DNA from: Macrostomum lignano
Taxonomy: Eukaryota
Length of the DNA stretch: 64,000 nucleotides
Reading direction: 5' to 3'
Assembly (NCBI GenBank): GCA_002269645.1
Contig: NIVC01000907.1
Location: 306,858 to 370,857 of the forward strand
The translations under genes were made by a program, and so were the position numbers. This document shows, piece by piece, positions 50,211 through 63,957 of this stretch. Within the stretch, counting starts at the first letter, position 1. Each line of letters starts with the position of its first letter. Below the pieces are notes generated by a model that saw only the letters and a list, made by a program, of their open reading frames with translations, did not search any database and was not told the DNA's origin.

Positions 50211-52510
50211 TAAGTGCGCGTGTACTCTTAGGCTTAGCGAATGGGTACATAAGTCTGCGCAAGGTAAATGTACTCTCATCGGGCTTTGGATTTGGTCATC
50301 GGGTTTTAGATATCTGGTCATAGGGCTTTAGGTGTGGTCATAGGGTTTTAGATGTGGTCGTCATAGGGTAGATGTGGTCATTGGGCTTTAAATATGGTCA
50401 TGGCCCCATGGGATTTTAGATGTGATCATCAGGTTCTAGATGTGATCATCGGGTTCTAGATGTGGTCATCGGGTTCTAGATGTGGTCATCGGGTTCTAGA
50501 TGTGGTCATCGGGTTCTAGATGTGGTCATCGGGTTCTAGATGTGGTCATCGGGTTCTAGATGTGGTCATCGGGTTCTAGATGTGGTCATCGGGTTCTAGA
50601 TGTGGTCATCGGGTTCTAGATGTGGTCATCGGGTTCTAGATGTGGTCATCGGGTTCTAGATGTGATCATCGGGTTCTAGATGTGGTCATCGGGTTCTAGA
50701 TGTGGTCATCAGGTTCTAGATGTGATCATCGGGTTCTAGATGTGGTCATCAGGTTCTAGATGTGGTCATCGGGTTCTAGATGTGGTCATCAGGTTCTAGA
50801 TGTGATCATTAGGTTCTATATGTGGTCATCGGGTTCTAGATGTAGTCATCGGGTTCTAGATGTGGTCATCGGGTTCTAGATGTGGTCATCGGGTTCTAGA
50901 TGTGGTCATCGGGTTCTAGATGTGGTCATATGGAACGTCACAACGCAAACCGGTGTTCCTCAGCAGCGCCCTCAGCGCAGCCCAGGACGCGGCCTTCTGA
51001 GCTGCCGCGACCCTCCTCACTGGCGGAAATTCGGCACTCCTGAGCGACACGATAACGATTTGTTTGAATGAGTTCCGAGGTCCTGCACAGCTCGCAAAAT
51101 TCAGCTCGAATTTTCAGTTGTAAGATTTCCGTCCAAGAGCTCATGAAAAAGCTTAGAGGTTTTGTTTTCATTTGTAAATTTGTTTTCTCAAACAATTTTT
51201 ATTCTGTCAACTTAAAATGTGTTTATATAAGCACTTCAGTTCGCTTGCACGGGTGCCCCTAATACATGTAGAAGTAGGAGTTTATGGCGTCAAATGCAAT
51301 GGCGCCCCCTCTCAAATGAAATGAAATGCCCTCTTAACTGAAATGGGGTTCCCTCTCAAATGAAATTGGGTTCCCTCTCAGATGAAATGGCGCCCCTCAC
51401 CAGATGAAATTAATGCGCCCTCACCAGATGAAATGCGCCCCTCACCAGATGAAATGCGCCCCTCACCAGATGAAATGCGCCCCTCTCAAATGAAATGGCG
51501 CCCCTCACCAGATGAAATGGCGCCCCTCTCAAACCCTACAGTGTAAGCTGTTACACTCGTACTGTACGAAATAAGCTATATTCGAGTGGAAAACTTCTTC
51601 AATTGCAGTTTTAATTCCTAGAAATGTTGTTACCAAGTTAATTTGCTTTTTGATTCACATACGAGTATATCTAACCGTTCCAGCCAAGTATTAATGCCGC
51701 GAGTGCTACTCAGCAACCATATGGAACTGCAGATGATGCAAAATAAAAGTGAAAGCAACACAAAAGCACTGAAGCAAATCAATTTGCGAATATAAGCGCC
51801 AGTCCGACCGACACAGAGTTGACGAAATAAAAGAGCGATCCGGCATGTTTTTATTATTTGATTCATTTATTTGTTAATATATTTGACCTACTTACCTCTC
51901 CGCAAAAGAACTTGATTGGATTATATTTACAGGAGATCATAGAAAGCAGGAGATAATATTCTTACTAATAAGAAGTAAATTAAGTAACCAGCGAGCGTCA
52001 GCGCACTATAACACACAAGGCCCACACACTGCAGCTAGGCAATGCTGTGCTGGCTTGTGCTTCGGAGAACACACTGATTATGTGCTGCAGGTAATTCTTG
52101 ACATTTTACACAAACAGTGCAGGGCGTACAAATCAGCAAGTGCAGGATTATGGGAACATAAAAGAACCGCATTGACAGGCTGGATAGACATTCTGCAATG
52201 ATGAGCTCAAACTTATATGCTCGAATATGAGAGGGCTTGAGTCTTGAGTCTTGAGTTTTCGGTTTAACACTGATCAGCTGACTACTTGTTGGCCAATAAT
52301 AAACATAAATATATTTACATAAACAGACACGAGTCGCGCCAGTACAAGCAGGTACAGTTTATTTGAGAGAGCGAACCAGCATTAGCAGCATATGGAACAG
52401 GAGACCCTGCTCTGAAACTCTAAGGCAGCCAGATGGACAGACAGGCTGACAGACAGACAGACATGTAGACACTAAGACAGACAGACATGCGGACAGACAG
52501 ACAGACATGC

Positions 52511-52571
<61 letters not shown>

Positions 52572-53818
52572 TGCGGACAGACATGTAGACAGACATGAGA
52601 CATGCTGACAGACAGGTAAAATTCTAGTACTATTTTATACAGACAACAAAGAGAAGAAATGACGAGCGCAATAACTCTGGGCTGTGAACAGTCAGCAAGG
52701 ATGGACAAAGGAGAAAAAACTTCAATAAAAAACCAGGGCCGGTGGAAGTAAAAAAACAACTGGGGAGTCACACTATAACTACAAGATTATACTTGCTGAA
52801 AAGTCACTAAAAGTCACGAATAATAATAATAATAAAAATAATAATAATAAATCATTCCCGATGGTCAGAAAGACAGCAGTTATTATTGATGCCATTCGAA
52901 AAAAGAGATCATTTTTGTTTAATTATACAGCCAACTCTAAGCAGCGCATACTACTTACTAAACAAAGTGAAACAGTAGTATAAGCAATTTAACAAAACTC
53001 TGGCAAACAATCAGAGTTCAGTTCAGATGCCCGAGCCCAGATGATGAGGCGCAATTTCGATGCTGGAATTGTAACGGAAAATTGATGCACAGAGACAAAA
53101 ATGCGACATTAATAACGCAGAATTACAATAGGATTATAATGATAATAATAAGAGTAATATTTCAAATAAAAATTGCACGGATAAATTTATTATTAACAAA
53201 ATTTTGATTCCAATTCATATGCTCGGGTAGATAAGGATACATGCAGCGCGCATGACCTACAAGACGATAAAGACGGCATCTCAGAAGCAGGCCTATGCGA
53301 TGATTGATGGATTGGATTGATGGCCATATGGGGTCTGACGGGTTCAGGGCTTTTGCCATAGACACTTGCGAGTGGCTATTTTTAGTTCAATTTTGATCAC
53401 ACTATACATAGACAGTAGACAATCAGGAGAAATGGTAACCAAGTTGATAATTGGACCATAGACATCAGCATCTCTATCTTCCTCACCCCATCTCTCTCCC
53501 TCACTATCTCTCTCCCTCACCCCCTCCCCCCTTAACAACCTCTCTCCCTCACCCCCCCCTCAACAACCTCTCTCTCCCTCACCCCCTCTCAACAACCTCT
53601 CTCTCCCTCACCCCCTCTCTCTCTCCCTCTCAAACATCGACTTCCATAGATCAGAATTTCGATCAGTACTTCGTTGCCTTTGTTCGTCTATGTCTATGGT
53701 CAAGACCGAACCTACTGCTGCCACAGTTATTACTATGACTAAAGACAAGGCGGATTCTGAGACACCCTTCGCCAGGAACTCAAAGGTCACAGGTGAAATT
53801 AATCGCACATTCAACCCG

Positions 53819-56800
53819 TCAGCCATCAGCCTTGGGCGGTGTGTACCAGCCCTTCTTCTCGTGAATATTGACCAGCGCCCGGTAGCTGTGCTGCGCCCTC
53901 GCCATGGTGTAGGTGGACCGGCTGCTGGCCGAGAACTCAATTCTGGCCTTGCCCTTGACCAGGGTGGCCGAGATCTGCATGATCAGCGACTCAATGCTGT
54001 AGGCAGACGACCAGCCCTGCCTGGTGAGCACCTCCATGCAGATGGCGCCGCCCTGCAGCACGTAGCCGTTATTGAGCACGGGGCTGATCACGCGGACAAA
54101 CGGCGGCTCGAACGGGAAAGTGTCCTTGAAGTAGAAGCCCAGGGTGATGCCTACAGCCTGCTGGCCTGCCTGCTGCTGCTGCTGTGCCAGCTGCTCGATG
54201 TCCCGCTGCAGCGGGCTGTCGGGGTCAACCCGGTGCAGCCGGACCTGCCACTCGTATAGACTGTCGTTCACCAGCTCCACTGAGAATACGCCGGACTTCA
54301 GGTGCTGGGATCTGCATTGGGATTGGGCGTTCGGTGGGTTGAACACCACAGTCAATCGCGTAGAATGGGGGTTAGCTCGTAAGTGCCCCCGAAAACAGCT
54401 CAAGGAGGTCAAGTGCCCCTAAAAACAGCTCAAGAAGGCCCAGAGCCCCAAAAACAACTGAAGGAGGTCAAGTGCCCCCAAAAATAGCTGGAGGTCAAGT
54501 GCCCTCTAAAAACAGCTCAAGAAGGTCAAGTGCCCCCAAAAACAACTCAAGAAGGTCAAGAGCCCCCCCCCCCCAAAACAACTGAAGTAGGTCAAGTGCC
54601 CCCAAAAATAGCTGAAGGAGGTCAAGTGCCCTCTAAAGACTAAAAACAGCTCAAGAAGGTCAAGTGCCCCCCAAAACAACTCAAGAAGGTCAAGAGCCCC
54701 CCAAAAACAACTGAAGGAGGTCAAGTGCCCCCAAAAATAGCTGAAGGAGGTCAATTTCCCTCTAAAAACAGCTCAAGAAGGTCAAGTGCCCCCAAAAATA
54801 GCTGAAGGAGGTCAAGTGCCCTCTAAAAACAGCTCAAGAAGGTCAAGTGCCCCCAAAACATCTCAAGAAGGTCAAGAGCCCCCTAAAAACAGCTCAAGAA
54901 GGTCAAGTGCCCCCAAAAATAGCTGAAGGAGGTCAATTGCCCTCTAAAAACAGCTCAAGAAGGTCAAGTGCCCCCAAAAATAGCTGAAGGAGGTCAATTG
55001 CCCTCTAAAAACAGCTCAAGAAGGTCAAGTGCCCCCAAAAATAGCTGAAGGAGGTCAATTGCCCTCTAAAAACAGCTCAAGAAGGTCAAGTGCCCCCAAA
55101 AATAGCTGAAGGAGGTCAAGTGCCCTCTAAAAACAGCTCAAGAAGGTCAAGTGCCCCCAAAACATCTCAAGAAGGTCAAGAGCCCCTAAAAACAGCTCAA
55201 GAAGGTCAAGTGCCCCAAAAATAGCTGAAGGAGGTCAATTGCCCTCTAAAAACAGCTCAAGAAGGTCAAGTGCCCCCAAAAACAACTGAAGGAGGTTAAA
55301 TGCCCTTAAAAACAACTGAAGGAGGTTAAATGCCCTTAAAAACAACTGAAGGAGGTTAAATGCCCTTAAAAACAACTGAAGGAGGTTAAATGCCCTTAAA
55401 AACAACTGAAGGAGGTTAAATGCCCTTAAAAACAACTGAAGGAGGTTAAATGCCCTTAAAAACAACTGAAGGAGGTTAAGTGTCCCCAAAAACCACTGAA
55501 GGAGGTCACGTGCCCCCAAAAATAGCTGAAGGAGGTCAATTGCCCTCTAAAAACAGCTCAAGAAGGTCAAGTGCCCCCAAAAATAGCTGAAGGAGGTCAA
55601 TTGCCCTCTAAAAACAGCTCAAGAAGGTCAAGTGCCCCCAAAAATAGCTGAAGGAGGTCAAGTGCCCTCTAAAAACAGCTCAAGAAGGTCAAGTGCCCCC
55701 CAAAACATCTCAAGAAGGTCAAGAGCCCCCTAAAAACAGCTCAAGAAGGTCAAGTGCCCCCAAAAATAGCTGAAGGAGGTCAATTGCCCTCTAAAAACAG
55801 CTCAAGAAGGTCAAGTGCCCCCAAAAACAACTGAAGGAGGTTAAATGCCCTTAAAAACAACTGAAGGAGGTTAAATGCCCTTAAAAACAACTGAAGGAGG
55901 TTAAATGCCCTTAAAAACAGCTCAAGAAGGTCAAGTGCCCCCAAAAACAACTGAAGGAGGTTAAATGCCCTTAAAAACAACTGAAGGAGGTTAAATGCCC
56001 TTAAAAACAACTGAAGGAGGTTAAGTGTCCCCAAAAACCACTGAAGGAGGTCACGTGCCCCCAAAAACAACTAAAGGAGGTCACGTGCCCCCTCAAAAAC
56101 AGCTTAAGGCGGTCAAGTGCCTCATACCGCCAAGCTCAGGCAAGGAAATGAGAGGGGAATCAAGTGCCCCCAGCCACAAACAGCGGAAAGGAAACACGGG
56201 GTCCAGAGCCTTACTCCAAACAGCTGCAAGAATGTATCAAGCCGGGTGCTTCAAGCGGTGCTCACTTGTACAGCTCCTTCAGCTCCTTCATCAACCGGTC
56301 CGTAGCCTGCACCGAGGCGCCCGGAGTTGGCGACGGATTCGCCGAAGCGGCGGCGTTGCCGGCAGCCGGGGAGGCGGCGGGGCTCTGGGTGCCGGGCGAG
56401 GACACGGAGCGGCGCAGGTACATATCCCGCTGGGCAGAGCGGAGCCGCCTGAGCTGATCGATGTGGGCGCGCGACTCGATGCCAGCGAACTCGGCGGGCA
56501 CGGACAGGTCCTCGTCGGCCGCGTTGGCGTCGCCGGCTGCAGCGGCGCCGCCTGCGGTGGCGGCCGAGGCTGCCGACGAGCCGTGGCCAGAGTCGGAGCC
56601 GGACGGGGCAACCTGCGGGGGCGCGGGTGGGAAAGTGGAAATGAAACTGAGAATCTGGGAGGCTGGCCCAGCAACTGAGGATCTGGGAGGCTGGCCCAGC
56701 AACTGAAAATCTGGGAGGCTGGAGCCCCAGCTGAGGCCAGCAACACATTCAGCCAAGCCGCACCTGCTGGTCATCATCGAAGTCCTCGAACCCGGTGTCC

Positions 56801-59800
56801 TCCTCATCGGACATGGCCACTGCGGCGGCAGCGGCGGCGGCTCCAGCAGCGGCAGCCGCGGCGGCGGAGGCGGCGGCCCGCAGGACGGGGACTTCAGCGG
56901 GGATGGGGAGACCGAAGGTGCGGCAGAGAGTCTCAAGCAGCTGGCAGGCCTGCAGCAGGAGGAGGCCGCGGGAGCCGGCGGGAGTGGCCGGGCAGTCCTG
57001 CAGGTCGGACAGAGCCGAGGTGACCTGCTGATTGTCCGAGTCTGAGAACCAGAGCGGCGCCACTCGGGGATAGTTTTCCTGATCAAATGGGACAGATTCG
57101 GGTCAGCAAAAGTATGCAAACTGAGTTCGATAAAACATAGATTTCTGCTTTTTTGGGATTAATTGTGTTCGAATTCGATGTCAGATAGGATGGAATTATT
57201 CGATATTGGGTGGGATAAGGATCATGTTCTACCCAAAGTCTACTTTGGATAGACTACAATCCAAAGATCCAATGTTTATCTTTTGATATCTCTAGCCTTT
57301 CCTATAGCTCTATTGATATTCAGATTATATCCTACATACAATTGTACATGTCTTGTGCCTAAAAATCTAGAATGATGATATTAAATTTATATTAGAATCC
57401 TAATTTTGTTATGGCAAAACTTTAATAAGAAATTATGATTTTTATATGCTACTACACTATAATTAATTATAATATTAATACATATTGCTTATTAATAGTT
57501 ATTATAAATGGTTAATACTTATATGTATTCAATCTTTTTTATCTTTAGTTTAATTATATCTAATAGTAATCTTTATATGCACAACTTTGAGAATCACCTA
57601 GCCATTTCTATTGGCAATGCATATATATATATAAGTTCCTATTAACTAAGAGTAGTCATGTGATTACTATTCCATCTATTAGTTACTTACATATATGTAT
57701 TGCCAATAGAAACAGCTAGGTAAATCCCTAGGTTACATTGGGATGTGGTCATTTTATCTACTATTAGTTTGTCTACTAGCAGACAAAATGAGTATTCGAT
57801 AGTAGGTGCGTTAATTGTTTATTTTAATATTATTATATAATAAACTATATATTACATGATTAATTAATTGATTTTTGCATAATTTAGTCACCAATATTCA
57901 AAGCAAAAAAAGTAAAAACTGTCATAGTTTGTTTACACATTAACTAATTTTATTGTTGTCTTTTTTATATTCACTTAGTTTAAAAAATATTTTGCAACAT
58001 AACCTTTGGCAATGCTTTGATTTCAATTCATTGCATTATATAGTGCTATAATTATAAAAAATGCACAAAGAAACTATATGAACCTCTTTATTTTATATGA
58101 AATTTCTACCAAAATATACATTCAAAACTTGGGATAAATCTATATTTATCTTAACAAAAGTAGCACTAAAGGATAAAAAAGATGGCTTATTTGTAAAAAA
58201 AATACTCTTTGCATCAATATATTTTTCATTTCTTCATTTGCTATATATTGCTTTCATTAGACATAACAACAGATAAACTATCTAGATACTTATCCTAGCA
58301 TGGGCCTCTAGGCTCTAGCCAATGAACCAACAATAAAAAAATGACCCAGTTATACCCAAGCATGATCTAAATTTAAGTATCATTTATACTTTATACATAA
58401 CCATAAGCCTTGGTCCTAGATAGATTCGGCCATTAGGCCTATATAAAAAAACTAAGCATAGGGCTAGGCCTATTCAAATTATAAAAATGCTACTGCTAGG
58501 GCCTAATATATACGAGGGGTGTTGCAAAAGTTTCCGGACTAATGCTCTTCATAGTGATAATTCGTGTTTGATTTGGCTGAAAATTGATGTCTATGGTATT
58601 CAGCCATAGAAAAAAACTTTTCCTAAAAGTTTTTGCAGCTTAGTCAATCACAGCATACATCACGGCCAAAATAAGTTGCAACCCTTTGAAGCTGTTGACA
58701 CGATTTTTCACAAACCAAAAGGGAGCAAAAATGAGTCGACCAAAGAATCCATTGGAGTTCGGGTCTAAGGAAAGCCAGCGCCACTTTATCATGGCATGCC
58801 AACAACAGGGCAAAACAGTGACACAGACCTTTGATGAGGTGCGTCTTGCTTTCGGTGTTCACGCCCTGGGTCGCACTCAAGTGTTTGAGCATCACTGACT
58901 CGCTGCTGACGGTGTCACCAACGTCGCTGATGCCTCTCGATCTGGGCGTCCTCGCTCGAGCACAGGTCATGACAAAACAACTGCTATTCTTGACTATTTG
59001 AAAGAAAATCCGTCTGCATGCATGCGTGAAATGGAGACTGCTGTTGGTATCCACTACTCATCTGTGTGCCGCATTCTGCAACGCCAAGGCTACTCCAAGA
59101 TTTGTGCAAAGTGGGTGCCACGTGAACTGACGGAAGAGCACAAGAAAGCACGTGTGCGTTACTCGCTAGAGAACTGGGCGTTGTGGAATGAACTGGGTGA
59201 CAGCAAGTTCAAAGAGCTGCTCATCACAATGGATGAAACACCGCTGCCCATGTTTCAACCGCAGACGAAACAGCAGACTATGCATTGGGGCCCAAAAGGA
59301 AGCCACCCGAACCAGAAGGCCATGAAGTCGGCATGGATGCAGAGTGTCATGTGCACTATGTGGTTTGATGCTCGTGGTGTGCTGATGGTTGACCACCTGC
59401 CCCAAGGTCAGACCATCAATGCTGACTATGTCATCGATCAGCTCCACCGCCTGCGTGATGCCGTTCTGAGTAAGCGTCGCAATATGCGCCAGAAGCCCTT
59501 CATTCTCTGGGACAATGCGCGTCCTCATGCTGCCGCTTGCACGCAAGCCAAGGCGGAAGAGCTAGGCTTCTGACTGCTGAACCACCCAGCCTATAGTCCC
59601 GATCTCGCCATCGCCGATTTTCACCTCTTTGGCCCAATGAAGATGCCAATGCGTGGCGAGATCTTCACAACGCGCGAGGAGGTCATCGAAGCAGCCAACA
59701 AGTCTCTGCATCGGTTCGATGCCAGCTTCTGGGAGTCTGGCTTCGACAAGCTGATTGAGCACTACCAAAAATGCATCTCCATAAATGGCGAATACGTGGA

Positions 59801-60276
59801 GCGAGCCAGCAATCAATCTGTGGACACATCCGGCGATAGAAGCGACAGTGACAGTGATTGGTAGCTGTAACTTGGAAATCGTATTTCATGACTATAAATA
59901 ATCTAGTGTACAATCGCTTATACTATTAACCATCAACTCCAAACTTTCTGAAACTTTATAATATTATAAAATACAAGTTGCCTGTTTGTCTGTTTAAGTT
60001 TTTTGCTGAATCAAACAAAAATTATCACCATGAAGAGCATTAGTCCGGAAACTTTTGCAACACCCCTCGTATAATAATATAATCTCATATGCAGCACAAT
60101 TAACTTACCATTATAGTTGCAATCAATTCAAATGATTGTGATTTCAAAATAAACTTGCAAGTCATTTCATCGAGGTTGGCTGATGAAACTCTAAATACAC
60201 TATGGCCATGGGTCTTAGGAAAAGCATTCTTCAGTTGGTCAATTTCTTCTTTTAAAGCTTTCAAACCGCTAGACAT
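53819..60276 (-). CDS. UBE2Q: Ubiquitin-conjugating enzyme E2 Q, exons 60109-60276, 56764-57078, 56266-56612, 53819-54311 (440 aa)
   Basis: N-terminal RWD-like region ([14 protein letters not shown]), [13 protein letters not shown]-type motif, UBC domain [13 protein letters not shown]...[21 protein letters not shown], end [10 protein letters not shown]; phases 0,0,2 consistent. Confidence 0.93.
54390..56170. repeat. ~30-bp intronic minisatellite with higher-order block duplication
   Basis: AAAACAGCTCAAGAAGGTCAAGTGCCCCC and AAAACAACTGAAGGAGGTTAAATGCCCTTA variants; the block ~54990-55520 recurs ~55520-56060. Confidence 0.92.
57596..57721. mobile_element. Possible small MITE (imperfect ~37-bp inverted repeats)
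   Basis: ACCTAGCCATTTCTATTGGCAATGCATATAT at 57596 vs reverse complement ending 57721; no clear TSD. Confidence 0.4.
58513..60069 (+). mobile_element. Mariner (DD34D, irritans-like TIR) transposon in UBE2Q intron 1, transposase pseudogene 58731-59864
   Basis: TIRs CGAGGGGTGTTGCAAAAGTTTCCGGACTAATGCTCTTCAT (40 bp perfect, ~60 bp imperfect), TA TSDs, WVPREL, MDET, DNARPH-34-YSPDLAIAD; two in-frame TGA (58896, 59571), no frameshift. Confidence 0.95.
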
Positions 60277-63139
60277 GTTGTTAAGCAGATTCCTAGACCT
60301 TGAAACAAAGATAGAGTTAAGAAAAAATGCAGAAAAAATCAATCTTTGTAATAGCCTAGCAGCTACAACTAACAGTCACAAATCTCACAATATCTAGAGG
60401 TAGGCCTATACTATGTAGTATGTACGATGTGTTAAGGCAATTAGTCCAAGTCAAGATACATTAGTTACAGGTCAAGCTATTCAGCTTTTTTATTATTGAT
60501 AATGTTTGTGTATGACTATGAGTATGAGTTTTAACTTTTTTTAAGATTTGAGAATGAGAATTAAAAACTTTGCCAATTAAAGGCTGTTCCTGTTTGTGTT
60601 AGTTACTGAAGAACTATGATGAAAGTTAAGAAAGAAAAACTGTCCACGCTTATAACAATCTGACATGAGCAATACTAGAACTGGTTGGCTTTTTTAATTT
60701 GAATTTGAAGTACGTGTATAGTTTAAAAATCAACTGAGAACTGTCTTTTTAAGAGAGCCCAGAGCGGAAATGATTTGTAAAATAAAACAAATGTTTGTAG
60801 ACTTAAGCGCTGCGTAGGACTTTTAAATATATAAATATAAAAAAATTCTTTCTTCTTCTTTTCGAATCGATAAATAACTAGGAAGGATAAGGAAGAGTTT
60901 GTGATCAAAATCTAATATATACTCAATTGGCTTATGTATACGTGCATGCCCACAATTTAACAGATGCTAGGAAAGATGAATGTTAGCGATGTTGTAATTC
61001 TGGTGTACATCTACGCCCACAGGCCACGTACGTATATGGTCGGTAGCTGGGGAAGATTAATGTTAGCATTAATGACAACAAATGACTTGTCACGGCCTGA
61101 GGGGCCACATCTGCTGAGAGCAAACGATCTAGTACACGTTACATGTACGAATGAATATTTACATGTATATCATGTAGCGAGCGTCGTTTATTTGCGGAGC
61201 TACTCAATGAAAAACGAGAATTTGTGATAAAAATCGATCGCTTTTCCTTCTTGTTAGATCCTGCTTGTGGGATTCAATCAATTCATTCTCGAGTAGTAAA
61301 CCTGCAGCTGAGATACAATTGTCAGGTGAAAATCATAACCCAGTTATCACGCTTCGATTTACTAATCGTCTAAGCATGCAGGCTAGTGAGTAGACGGATA
61401 CAAAACAGAAGCTGTCAGCACATCGTAATGAGATCTCAGGTGTAATAATGTACAACTACTTTTATTAAGCATTCCCTACCTTCAAAACTCTTTTGGTCGT
61501 AGTTGGGATCAGAACAGTGGGACATTGCTATCGGACCACAACCAAAGCTACCACTGCTCTATCTAAGGGCGCGTGCCCCTAGGAGGGTGAGTCTAATCCC
61601 CTTTCTAAACTTGGTATCAGTACTCGGGCCATAGCTCTGTACGAGCGTAAAGCTATCATTCCCCAGGTTACATTACAATCAAGTGTGATTTTACTGAGCT
61701 GATACTGCGGCATGTAAGAAAGCACATCTATTCCGTCAGCCCATCACACTCAAATTCAGAGCTCACTGTCAGCTTCTTGTTTGCAAAATATTTTATTCTG
61801 TTCTACTTTTATTATTGAAAGCCCTTAAGAATCAGATTAGATGGCTTCGTAAACAAAAATTGCACCAACAAAGATTCCCAGGATTGGCAAAGTCCGGGAT
61901 ATTCCGATCCTGAGAATCCTCGGATTGGCAATTCCAAAAACTCGGGGACTTTGTGCTTCCCTAATCACGACCAGAATTTTCAGGAATTTTCAGACATTGT
62001 TCATCTTCCTAGATTCTGTCGGCGGTGTTCGCGCCCCTAACCTGCCCTGTAATGCTTCTATTGTTTATAAGACACAGCCGACGGCGCATTTTGTTCCTGC
62101 TGTCTTCTTGTAATATGCTTCTGGAAGTTCAAGCCACCTTTAGTAGTTTCTGTGCAGCATAGCAGACCTCATAGTATTATGTCAGTTAAACACTTTCCAC
62201 GAGGAAGAGATCTGTAACATGAACAATACTCGAAAGTATAATTAAAATCTGTTTAATATAGTACGCATTTCATGTCCTTGCAGAAGCCATTGAGTCTTGT
62301 AATTATCACAAAGAGATAAATGAACATTGTAACTATAAGTATACTTTTTTAAATTAAACTTTTAACGATACGAAAGGATACAGAACTCTCTAAATTTGAA
62401 TCATAACCTGTCATTCGTATGCTAGCCAGAAATTCCACGCGAAGCATTAGCATTCATGACTGAAAATAATTTTTATATTGTATTTCTATTCAAACTATTA
62501 TCTATGTGGTCTTTCTTAATCGCGAGCAATGGTTGAGTAATCGCTTTATTAGAATATAAAAGTACAACAAGGCACTGCAGAAGTGCGTGTGCCTAATAAA
62601 TATCAGGAAAAACCGCGGAATTTGTGTAAGCCTTGTATTACAATTGAACAAGCGGCACTTACTAAACACAGGATGCGCAATGCTTACTTTCGTTTTGATT
62701 TAAGAGTGCCTTTTAGTTACGGTCAGAGTCAGTATGAAAAAACACAAATTTAATTACGTTAAGCTAGAAACACTAATCAGAACAGGAATCAAGTTTCTAA
62801 CTATAGGCATGGACTCTGACCATTGTGCATAGGTTGACAAACTTGAAAAAAGCCTAGCATTTGATATTAAAAAAATAAAATTAGAAATTTTGCTAACAGA
62901 TAAAAGAAATTGCGATAAAGAACTACATCGATTCACTAACAGGTGGCAAAATGTTTCAGTAATTCAAATTCGAGTTTTGAAAGACAAACGAGGATTGAAC
63001 CGGCCGGCTCTGGCAGAGTTCGGACACGCTAAACAGGCTAGAAATTTCATATAGTCCACAGCAATCATTAATGCCAATATTCTAGCTGTAGCCAACTTAG
63101 TGCTCTTCACTCAATATCAATCTGACTGTCTATACTGCC

Positions 63140-63330
63140 TCACTGTCAGTGCCTCACTCCATCCACTCTACCAGTGCCTCACTCCACTCTACCAGTGCCT
63201 CACTCCACTTTGCCAGTTCCTCACTCCACTCTACCAGTGCCTCACTCTACTCTATCAGTTCCTCACTCCACTTTATCAGTGCCTCACTAACTGTCAATGC
63301 CTCACTCCACTCTATCAGTGCCTCACTCCA
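63140..63330. repeat. 21-bp minisatellite (CTCACTCCACTCTACCAGTGC)
   Basis: Tandem units visible directly. Confidence 0.88.
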
Positions 63331-63425
63331 CACGAACAAACTTCATTCAGTAACCATGTATGCACACAAGCCACAGCAATCGCACATACTGCAGTGCCAA
63401 CCAATAGAAACAGGACCGCTGCGGA

Positions 63426-63957
63426 CTATATGACCCGTGCTGGAGAGAACTGGCCTCCAACAAAAGACCGGATAGCAGCAATACAACAGTGGGAGAACGG
63501 ACAGTGAAAGCGTCCATCGCTACAAGACCTGCTGCTCCTGCAGATCGCCAATACCGTCAGCTCCATCAAATTCTGCAGGCGCAGTTTCGGCGCCTGGGCA
63601 ACCAGGCGACGCAGCTCCGCAACCGAGTAGCCCAGGAGGCGCGGCATGTCGCACAGGAACCGGTAGACATAGCGCTGCCCGTTCTCGCTAGCCGGCTCTT
63701 TATGCAGCATGCCGCCCCGCTGGTAGTGCCGAAGGGCCCGCGAAATCTTGGCGAAAGTCATGCGCGGATTGCCGCGCTGCGGCCCAAACGGAGGCCAGGG
63801 CCGACGGGTTCAGCACCGAGAAGGTGCCGTCGTCCGCGGAGCTCCAGCGAACTACGCGACGGTAGCGGCAGTCGGTGAGCAGGTCCAGCAGGAATTTCCA
63901 CAGCTCGCAGGCTCCGCCGCTGCCGGTCACAGCGGCTGACAGCGTTGCTGACACAGA
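63426..63957 (-). CDS. ETS-domain transcription factor (ETS1/GABPA-like), 3' exon, frameshifted near 63780
   Basis: ELWKFLLDLLTD...VVRW...W | RGNPRMTFAKISRALRHY...RYVYRFLCDMPRLLGYSVAELRRLV; the two halves are in different frames. Confidence 0.85.

Noticed and set aside
58896-59573. UGA recoding (selenocysteine or alternative code) in the mariner transposase
   Set aside because: Host genes in the window use TGA as stop, and no SECIS was evident; simple nonsense mutation suffices.
57120-63100. Contaminant or chimeric join at the compositional shift
   Set aside because: UBE2Q splices in phase across the boundary with a continuous domain.
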